Virus record (IMG/VR): IMGVR_UViG_3300013094_000017
Coordinates: 62,001 to 126,000 of that record
Direction: 5' to 3' (one strand)
Length of the DNA: 64,000 bases
The notes below the pieces were generated by a model. It ran no database searches and was not told the DNA's origin. It was given only the letters and a program-made list of their open reading frames with translations. Positions 28,462 to 40,400 of this stretch are shown here, one piece after another. The translations under genes and the position numbers were made by a program. Within the stretch, counting starts at the first letter, position 1; each line of letters begins with the position of its first letter.

Positions 28462-31400
28462 AGTGATATTTATCCGGAAGGGCAGCCTGTCTATCTCGCA
28501 AGAACGTAGCTACTGCGCCAGTATCGTTCAATAGAGATGTTGCGGTACTTGCGTACCAATCTTTAGCGGTTTGTTGTACAAGGGTGATTGCAGTACCTGT
28601 GTTTAATCTGCCTGCAGGCACATTTAATGTCAGAACATTATTTGTGCCGGACGATGTGATAGTAAATTCAGGTGGTAGATAATTTAATCCCTGATACACA
28701 AATCCGTTTACCGCAGATAAATCTAGCGAGTTAGTATATACCCATACTTGGTTTGTTGATGTAACCAAATAAGCATTACCTATCACAGTTGTATTAGGTA
28801 GCGCAGTTGAAGTAGAAATTGTTCCTACAATAGTAGCAGTTACATTGTCGTATAATACCGACATATCGTGAACATACATTCCATCTTTACGTAGTGGTAT
28901 ACCACCTTGATATACGCGAACTTGGTGTACAGATGCAGTTGACGTATTGAATACTATGCCATTACCTTTGGTGTTGGTCATATTCTCAATTACATAGGCA
29001 ATATCTAATGGGCTTGGAACTACAGCAGTACTAACATTCACAGTTTCAGTATATGGCATTATTTGACGCACACCCTGATCTAATACCTCAGTACCTACTG
29101 GATAACCATCTCTTGCTCCGGTTCCTAATGTAGCACGTTTAAGTCTTGATAATGTATTGCCACTCATTGCCATATATTCAATACGTTCGCCAGCAATTAA
29201 TATAACGCCTGGAGCATTTTTTGCTGGATTAGGCACTGATAAATCGCTTGCCTCATCTACCACAATTGTAGTAGAAGTAGTATATAACGGCTCAGCTAGA
29301 TTTGTACTATTTGTTTCGCTTATGCGTTTGAATGTTGTACGATTTAATATATCTTTAAATTGACGATATGCTATCACTGTGTTATCTGACACATCAGTCA
29401 TACTCATTACAACTATTGTATCAGTAGATTGAATTGGATAATTATCATCAACAACTACTGTTTTATTATCAGTATCGATATAATAATCAAGACCGTTAGT
29501 TAACGGTGTTCCGTTAATTGTTACCCATACATAATTGTCATTAAGTACCGCACGATTCATTGTGTATCTTCTTAATGTTCCTGATGTGAATACTTCTGTT
29601 CTAATCATATCACTATCTTGATTTGTGTACGTTGTGACTTTAAGTATTCCGCCTTCTGGAATTGCAAGTCTGTTGGTATTCAATATAATTTGACCATTAT
29701 CAAAATAGTACTGACTATAAACAGTATTAGTAATTGCAACCGCATCACCTGTTTTCAAGATGCCTGGACGGAATACAATTAATTTATTAGGTTGATCTAA
29801 AATAAAATCAGCACCATTTTGAATTTGTATTCCGTTGACAAATACCTGCAATGCGCCTAATGAAAATACGCCTGCTGGATAATTGCTGTTTGGATCAATT
29901 TCAAATACCGTTTGATTAGCTGCCGCAGAATAATATGCAGTGTTTGGTGGTATTAATCTAAGTTTATTCAATTCAACAATTGCTTGAGCATTAATTGGTC
30001 CAATCACGCCAGGATACTGGGTAAGAGTATACGCAGTAGTAGCAGATGATGTAACAAATATTTGGTCTTTTACTTCACTGTAGCCTTTGTATGCTGCTTC
30101 GAATACCCACACCTGTAATGTATTTGTACCTGTTAATCCCGAAACAGTAACACCTTTACCATTTAATTTATATTGGTCTGATGTTATTGGATTACCATTT
30201 AATGTTACATATAGACTTCCAATATCTGCCAATGGTACTCCTACTGGGACTGTAATTGAAGATTTAGTTGATGTAGCATAATCGTAAGACGAGTACGCTG
30301 CACCTCCAATTCCTACGTTAGTCACAGCAACTACTCCTGTTGAAGTTTGTGTAGATATTGTAATAGTATTATTATTGAAGTCAATAGTATAATCGGTACC
30401 GTAGTTTAATATACCGCGATTATATGATACCATTAATGATGATGTATTTGCTGGTAACATAGACAACGAAACAGTAGTAGAAGTTGTTGTTGTGCTTACT
30501 AAGAATGTATTCTGTGAGATCATAGGTGATCCACTCGGCACTCGGGTGTAAACACTAATACCAACACTTTCAACTACTTCGCCTGGTACTAATTCTTCAG
30601 GACCGTGGCTTACATTTGGCGATAAGAATTGATCTCCATCAACAATTAGATCTTCTGGATTTAAACCAGTTGCCATTGTATAGGCTAGATCACCACCGTC
30701 GATAATAGTATCAAGTGATGCTTCACCATTGCCACCATCGTCCCATGCTGCTTCAGTAAATGGTAACATGTCCCAGTTTGAAGTGTAGGCAAATGGCAAT
30801 GTTTGAATTTGTGTACCTGGATAATCTACTCCTGTCATTACTTGAGCAGGATCTGCTCCTGGCATACCATCCGTCGGTGCATAGTAATCTTGAATACGAT
30901 CAGCAGCATGGTATAAATTAATATTTTTGTTGTAGGTAATATCTAATATCTGTCCTTTATTAGGAACAGATGTTAGTACCAATGTAGAATATAATTTATG
31001 ATATCCGTTAGATACTTGTGTATAAGTTACTATATCATAATCTAAAGCAAAAATCTTAATACCATCTAATGTGATTTCAATTTCTGATTTTTTGTTTTCA
31101 GCTGCCCAAGATAGAGGGAATTGATAAGTGCTGCCATCACAGAAGAACTGATCTGCGGCCTGCTTATTACCAATCTCTCTAAGACCAGTAACACGGTCAA
31201 ATCGTATATCAATTTTATTAGTACGCACTTTTCCGTTGGCTAATTGAGCATAGGCACGAGCTTGTACAACACCAGTCGACCCGCCGCCAGTTAATACCAC
31301 AGTAGGGGTTTGTGTATATCCACTGCCGGGATTGGTTACCTCAATTTCAATTACCTTGCCTAATGATATATAAGCAATTGCAGTAGCAGGGTCTGTGATT

Positions 31401-34400
31401 GTATCTCCTGCTGCTGGAATAATCTGTACATTAGGTACTGATGTATATGTTCCGCCACCGTCGGCTACAATGATGCTACCAACTGTGTACTTGTAGTTAT
31501 CGGCCCATCCCTTACGTGGATATACATTAAGAGAAGCATCACCTAATTCAATAGGAACAAATGTATCTGTAATATTATCGTATATTGCAGGTAGGTCGAA
31601 GTCAGTTGTATAACTTTGTGTTGGTTCTACAACATCATATACTACTTGGAAGTTACGTATTTTAGTATGGTAAGGTTTAACTTCATTTAGATAATCTTCA
31701 TAGTATTCACTATTTTGGAATTTAAATACCGAACGTTGATCCAGCGGACCTGCTAGATTACTTACATTTATAAACGCAGTTTTGAATGCCCAGTCTAAGA
31801 ATATTTGTTCGCTCATAGCATAGCGTACTGCTTTAAAGAAGAATTTATTCCAATAGACTTTTAATGGTCCAACGAAGATATCTTCTTTGATTGCCAGTAA
31901 TACGTTTTCTAATTCTGATTCTGCACTTTGGTCATATAATGTTTGATCAAATGTATATAGGTAGTCAAAGTTGTATGTTGAATCTGTAGTATTCCATAAA
32001 GATTCTTTAAATTGTATTGTACCTTTTTCGCTGTAGACTAAATCATAAGCATCATCAAATGTTCCATTTGAATCAACCTTGGCTAGAATAATATATCTAC
32101 CATTGCCCTGATTATTAACTTTAACATAATCACCAGTAGATGGAGATATTGTAGCTAATAGGTAAGGTTGGTCAACAGTTGTTACCAAAGGTTTCAATGG
32201 ATCAAACGAGGTAGCTTGCCAGTCAACATAATCCCAAAATAATGTAGTATCGTAATCTTGGGTATGTGATCTATTCCATTGGTTATTATACCATTGATAT
32301 TCTGCCCATCTATTTCCGCTGGTCGCATCAACTGTTACTATTACAGTATACGGTCTTACCACCAGTATTGGTGTTTCTGTGTAGCCGTATCCAGAATTAA
32401 CTATTGTAGTGCTAACTACTCTACCTACAGAATCAATCTCAGTAGAAATAACAATACCGCTGGTGTCATTCAACACAGCGATAGTTGGCGCAATTAGGTA
32501 TCCATATCCAGGATCTTCTATGCTTACACCTGTTACTCTACCATCAGTAATTTGACAAGATACTGCTGCTTGTTTAAAGTAGATAGTTGTAATTTCGTAC
32601 AATGCCTGTTCATTATCAACTTGTTGATCATATAATCCAGTTTCTACATCAGGTATAGGATCTTTAGAATTTAGATTTGTAAAGTTAATAACATCAGTTA
32701 CAATATTTTGAGATAATACTGTGTTGGTGTAATCAATTGCGTTACGTAGCGCACCAATTCTATCTTTAAATAATCCTTGGCGAGGACGAATGCTTACACC
32801 ATATTTGATGCGATCTGATAAACTAGGATCAGGTACAGGATTGCCAAGACTATCACGCCCTAATAAACTATCCATTAATTTCTTTTCAAGCAATGCGTTA
32901 GGCATACTGTTAACATCGCCGTCTGCTAATAACATCCATTCGGTGTGTTGATTAATATCATTATCGATATCATCTTCGGCTATGTTAAGATAGATATTAT
33001 TTTGTGATAATGTTGAAGTAACATTAGTAACCGCAATACTATCAGCAGCTAATACAGAAATGTATTTCATTCCGTATGCTGAAGGATTGTAAATTAAATT
33101 AGCAACATCATTTGCCGAAATCTTACGGAAATCTGCTGCAGGAATTGTTACTTTATTTTTTACCCAATAGAAGTAAACATTAGTAGTACCACCTGTTGTG
33201 GCATTATAATATTGTTTAACGCTGATTACTGAATTGTCTGCGTATTTAGGTTGACCGCTAATTCCTTTAGCAAGGCCGTCTACAGTATCAGCTAGTGAGC
33301 TCCACTGACTCGGTAAGTACTCGCTGCTTACCCATTCGTAAACATCAATACTTGCTCCTGGGAATAAAGTACCCCAAGAGTTTTTTCTATATTCAAGATC
33401 ACTTTGCTCGTACCAGGTGTATTTTACAGTGCTTAGATCCCACCATAGTTCTCCTAGGTGATCTTCAATCCAGCTGGTATTTGTATCTACTACTACCCCT
33501 TGAACCCCAATACTGTATACCGCAGGGTCAAAGGCTGTTTTGTATCGTACTTCTTGATCAGCAATACCTACAATACGACCTTTTGCTGGATCAACTATAT
33601 CTAGATAATCAAGAACCTGCTGACTTAATGTGTCAATAGTGATAGCACGTTTAACTTTAGATAGATCAACAAGGTCATCTTGTGATCTATAAACATTCCA
33701 ACTGTTAATAGTTACGTCTTTTTTAGCAAATACATACGCACTACCGATTGTGCTATTTGAAACAAATTTGCCAGGAGTTCCTACTAATACTGTGCCGTTG
33801 TTAACTGCAACACTATTACCGTATTGACTGTTGGCCACAGGGGAGCCTGTTGCAGGATCTATGTTAAGAACATTGTCATCAAATAATTCTTCAGCATAGA
33901 TAAATTTATCATTGTATCTATTGAATACATAGACAGCACCTGATCCTTTAGCGGTATCACCAAAATGGCAAGTTCCATTATCTAAAGTAGTTGCACCTTT
34001 ATCAAATGTTATATCAATAAATTTATTATCACCGTGACCAGTTACCGTTAATAATTGTCCTAGATCATCGATTGCCAATGCTTGACCAAAATTAAGATTA
34101 ACATCAGTAGATGGATTATCTAATGTTTGATTTAATACATATTGTGTAGCAGTATTTTGTTTATAGATGAAAACCTTGCCTACATTAGTTTTGCCATCAT
34201 TAACACTAGTAGATGCCACAAATAGGTAAGTGCCATCATCTGACATTAATACTGTCGATCCAAATCTGTCACCAGTTTTACACACGCTAGGTGCTGATAT
34301 AAATTGTGCTTGTACAAGATTAGTAGTTCCGCTGGTAGCAGTTGAGTAAACATAAACACCGCCGATATTACCGTTTGTTCCTGGAGCAGAAATTGCTACC

Positions 34401-37400
34401 ATTGTACCGTCTGCGCTACCGCAAATTGAAGCACCTACTCTATCACCTTGTGTATTTGATGGAGTTATTGTAATTGGGGAAGATTGTACTATCGTTGTAT
34501 CAGTTGACACAATCGACACATTATAAGCATATATCGCACCAGTTGAGGTATTTTGACCAGGTGCGCCAACTACTAATAATTTATTAGTTGAAGTAGTTTT
34601 GCTTACATATAATCCGGCACCGTATTCGCCAGGGTGAACGTTTGGATTTGTTATCACTGCACCAGTGCGGTGGATTTCACTTTTTGTAGTTCTGTTAATT
34701 CCAGAAATCTTTATTAAATCAACAGCAGGGGCGCCGGCAAATATAGAATCTGTTTCGATGTCATATATTAATGTTGCGCCAAAGTTTGTTGCTACAGATT
34801 TGCTGACTGTATTATTAACGATAGTATCATCAATACCATAATTTGTAATAGGAGTTAATATGTTATCTGAATATCCGTACACAAATATGCGACCATATCC
34901 GTACGATGCACCGTAATATCCTGTCGGAGCAGAAATTGCCACAATATTTGCAGTGTCTTGAGTAGCAACACGAGATCCAAATCCTTGACCAGTTATTGAT
35001 AGACTAGGAAGTGTTTCGGTAGATGTGCTATAATTGCTAGCTTTTTCATATACTGCCCATTTGCCAGAATTATCACTGTCAACCCAAACTAAATCACCGT
35101 TGTTAAATGATATTGTTTTTTCTAGTTCAGCAATATTATCAAATTGTGCAGCACGCACGCTAACAAATTTAAACATCAATGCCTGCACAGTTGAAGGATT
35201 CACTGAGGCTAATGTAGTTGATATTGTAAATGTTGTCAATGACGGAATAGTTTTAATTACATAAACTCCGTCTGACCCGTTGTCTAATCCGTGAATAGAT
35301 ACCACATCACCCACTGATAAATTATGGAATATATCAGTTGTAAATGTTAATTCTGACGATGGAATTGTTACAGCAGAATCGACTACTTTTGGTTTTTGAA
35401 TAGTATAGCGATACACATCCCATTCACCGTCATTGCGGAATCCTAACCAAATTGTATTGCCATCTTGGATGTTTCCATTGTTAGCAATATCAAGTAAACT
35501 GTTTGTATTATAAGCAGTAGCAGTTACATCATCAGTACGAACATATCCTGCCACAGGCATTATAATGTTGTTGTCGGCATAGGTAGATGGTGTTGTAGAA
35601 AACGCAGTGTCCGAAGTGTATGTATCACTTTCCATGGTTAAATCAGTAGGAACAATATATGATATTACATCATTTGGTAATACTGGCGCTGTATCCACAA
35701 ATTTAATAATCTGTGAATTTTCGCGGAAGTCTGCTTCACGTAGAGGAAACTCTAATTCATTATAAGAAACAAAATTACCATAATTACCAACACGGAATGC
35801 CCACTCTTCTTTATATTCAATTTGCCCTTGTAGGTTATGAATACTTGCTTTAGCTAATTTAGTAATAGCATTTTGTGTGCCTTTTTCTCGAATAAATCCT
35901 TGATAGAATTTATATTGTGCAATCGGATTAACAAAGATATTATCTAGATAAGTACGTGGTGTATAGCCAATCAAATGTTGTGCCATACGTTGCTGAGCAA
36001 CATCAAAGTTATCAATATCTAAACTATAGAAATCTTCAAACTGATTAATTTTATAATCAAAGTTTGGTAGTAATTGTGCTACTGGTTTAGATCCTAGTAA
36101 ATTCCAGCTGTTGAAATCAAAAGATGGTGCACCAGCAATATTAACATTAGCTGAATAGTAATTACCTACATACTTAACAATATCAGCAACTTGATAGTCA
36201 GTATACTGTGCCCAATCTGAAATCTGTGCATCATCGTAAACAAAGCCCGGACTTAGGAATTCTCCGTTCCAATCAGCAGTTCTAAATCCTGTCAATTTAA
36301 TACGACTTTGACGGTATCCTGTTTCAATGTCATATATAATATCATTAAACATACTTTTATTATTCATTACAATTGCATGTTCTTTTTGTACAAGATTTAA
36401 TCTAGCAAAGAATATTCCATCTGTTGTATTCTTAGTCTTAATAGTACATATACCACCTTCGCGGCTTAATGAAAAATTAGCTGCTGGAAATACCTGTCCA
36501 GTGGCTTTGATTAAACTATATTCATAGAAACTGTTAAGAACATTGTCAACTACAGCATCTGTAAATTGATACTTAATAACATCTGCAAAAGGACTTAAAG
36601 TGATTACTGAACCGTCTGCCCAGTTTTGTGTAGACCAATATAGAAATTCTTTTCCAGTGAAATTCCAATCAATGACTTGATTTAGATCAGCATTGTATTC
36701 ATCAAATATAAATCCCTGTGACATTAGCCACTGACCATATCCCATTATTAAATCATATACCTGTTGAATAGTACTATATTGTGTGCCGTATGGTACTATT
36801 GTTTCTGCCGGATCGTACTGTTTAGTAACTAGAACCGATGCTCCGCCTACTGTAGACAGTTGTTTAATTGCGGCATAATATGTTGAAGTAAATGTTGCTC
36901 CAGAATTATGACTGCTGATTACTCTATAATAAACATTGCTATAGAATACAACCTGTCCTGCTTGATAGAATGAATTAGCAGTCCAAACTAAGAATGTTTC
37001 TGATTTGCCACCAACTGTGATCGCACTACCATTTGCCTGATGCAAAGGTTGATTAATAGTAAAATACGGATAGCGTTTATCATATCCCTTAACTGCAAAA
37101 TAACCGTTCTTTTTCTCTACAATAATTCCAGATATTGCAGCAGATTTAACAGGGGTACTTACATTGAAATGCAAGGTGTAATCTTCGTTAGGTAGTAATA
37201 CTCCAGGATTTGCTGTGTTAGGACTGATAGAATCAATTGTGATTTCTAATTTATCTTTACTTAAGAATCCGCCTGCTTTGTAAAATAAATTAAGATTAAC
37301 TGATGCTAGATCATTCTTAAGAGTGGTTAGATAATTTGAATTACGTTGACGACCATTTTCAATTAGCCAAACACTGTATCCCGATGCTAGAATAATATTA

Positions 37401-40400
37401 CCGTTAGAATCTGTATCAGTGTATAACAACATTTCTGATGGGTTTAAGAATGTTTCATTTGCACCGTAGTTATATTGTCCGGTAATATCCAATTCCATTC
37501 TGCTGGTATCAAACATCATTGCGGCATAGTCAGCTGGCTTGGTTAATGCCATGATAATCTGCATGGCAAATGGCCAAGCACTAGAACGTCTCCATGCTGT
37601 TTCAGCAGGACCGTGATCGCCAAATGCCCAGTCTTGTTCAGTATTCATTATAGAATCATTTAGAGCAATACCTGCCCAGTTACGTATATCAATAATATTT
37701 CCGCTATCATCAACTGGAATGGCCTGACTCAATCCAGGACGAGCATAGGTTGGATCTACAACGATTCCAGATGGAAAACGTTTAATACCTGCTTCAAGAT
37801 CTTGCCATAGGTTTAAGTTACCAGCAGTATACGGTGCGGCACCATATTCTGCATCCCACCATGTTGGTTTAATTGTAAACCCAAGCATTTCCCAAGGGCA
37901 GGTGTCTGGACGATCTGTATCAAAATACAATTTGTAAATTGCACGCCAGTTACCAGGTAATGCATTACCTAATACCAGATCACTGACAGATTTGTAATTG
38001 TATGTCTTATGATTGTTTACATCATACGTACTATTTGTAGCAAAGTCTATTCCGTAGATACTTGCCCACTTCAAGAAATCGCCCTGTACAAGATTATAAA
38101 TTTCAGCATAGTTATATTCCGAATTTCTAAATACGTTTGGCAATAGATCGTGAATATCTAAAAGATTTGAATCGTAAGTTACCTTTAAATTATTGTAGAT
38201 TCTTGTTTCATATTCTAATAATGCTAGATCGCGATAATCATCTGCTTCGTTGTAAGCAGAAAATGCCACTGTTAAACTTCCATCGTGGCCTTGGATAACT
38301 TTTTGCGGACCATTGGCATAGGTGTTATCAATATAAATTTGTGGTTCATATTTTGGGAATAGACCTAATTTAGTCGGTGTAGGCGGAATGTATGATCCTA
38401 CTGTAGATACATAATCTTTAATTGTGATTACATCACCTTTGTTTAATGCTGTGATGATATTCACTCCAGATTCGTATGCTGGAAAATTATAATCTTTACC
38501 ATATACTAATTGTTTGGTTACACCGTTAGAAGTAAGATATACTAATACAGATCGATCACTCAGTGCAGTCGCTGAAAACGCAGAAGTAATCGAATAATGT
38601 GTGTTGCGAGAATCAGTTACTGTATAAGTGCTGGTAATATTATTATTGCCGTAGCCTAACATATCGCTATGAGCATAAGGGAATGACGAATTCTTATTTG
38701 AATTCATTTCAGTTAACGCTTGATCTAACACTTGAACTGGCATTGTATTGCCAGGTGCTTTGGTAATAAAATTAATTAGATTTAATCTAAATTGATAGTA
38801 ATCGTCAGATGCTTTTCTTGTAGCATTAATTAAATTATGTTCAGCATCGGTTATAAAGCATTGAGCAAATGTTAGTGGATTTTGATTACTAATTAATCTA
38901 GATCCATATTTTGTAATATTAGGTAAACTCTTTAGATTGCTACCATTATATTCCGGATCAGCATCAGTCATTGATGTAACGTGATCTGTTAATTCTGTAA
39001 GTGTGAAACTTGATATAAATCCGTTCAAAGGATTATTGGTTAAATTAATTGGTGTTTCATACACCCCAGTGCTATTAGGACTAGATGCAGAATAACATTT
39101 AAACAATACACGCACTGGTGTAGAGGTTCCATCTAATGCAGTGGTAAATGTTACGAATAATTTCTTACCACTAGTAGTAAGTGTATAATCGGTTCCTGCT
39201 TGTTGTTTGGTATTATTAACAAATACAGATACCGCTAGATCAGATATACTAGTTGGATTATCAAATACAGTAACTTCAATACTAGATTGTACGGTGGTAA
39301 TAACTTGGAACTGTTCCACAGGGATAAGATATTCTGCACCAGCAGTCCACGCATTTTCATAAACAGGTGTGCTATTGTTAATGCGAATGTATGTTTCTAC
39401 AGTAGGAATAGTAGTGGTAGTTCCTACTAGTGTAATTGTGTCATTATTTAGATAATTGTCAAATAAGTAGGTACCAACTGTACTAATACTTTCGGATGTG
39501 TATTGTAATGGAAAGCCTAGAATAGAATCCGCTGTGCCTGAGCCTACCGCATATCCAAATATTTGATTACCATAAAAGTCAGAATTGTAATATGTTGGAT
39601 CGCTATAACTATGGCCGTTTTCATCAAACAGATCAAATAACGGTGCTTGATTTATTGCAGTACGTTGTTGACCTTTAATCCAGATAGTGCCATTGTAATA
39701 CCAAGATGTTCCTTCATTTACTGTGCCTGATTTAACAACAACCGCATCACTCTTAGAAGGAGATAATATCTCAGTTAATCTTGTTTTTTGTTTTCCATTA
39801 AATGTTGCAATGTTAACTTGGAAAATCTTTCCCTGCACCATTGGATCAGGATCAGCATTGAAAATAACCTTGTTGCCATCTTCTAATAATACACCATCGA
39901 TATAATATCCGTATGTACCTTCTATGATAGAAAATGCATCAGTGGTTACTTCGTCAATGAAATCAACTGTATCAATAGCTGTTGAACCAAAATTCCAAAG
40001 CTGGATATCTGGTTTGAATTCAATAATAGGACGGGCACCGCGTTTATCTGCAGGATAGTTTGCGGTAGTCCCATTAGCTGCTGCTGAGGCTGTTATTACA
40101 TCAGTATGTACCCAACGATTATATCTTGACCAAGGATTTAAGTCTTTGCTTGCTTTGTTGATTGTGATATAATCAGGTGTCTCTGGAATATTCTTAAAGT
40201 TGTCAAACGGAAAATCATCAAAAGGTGTTCCGTCAAAATTTGTATCATAGGTTGTATTAAGATTTAACGGAGTTGTTAATTTAGTAAAATCAACTAGACG
40301 AATTCCCGAGCCAATGCCTTCTACAATATATTCGTTATTAGCATAAGTTGACGGAGTTACATTGCCAACAAATTTCACTTTCATCCCATTGATAAATTCA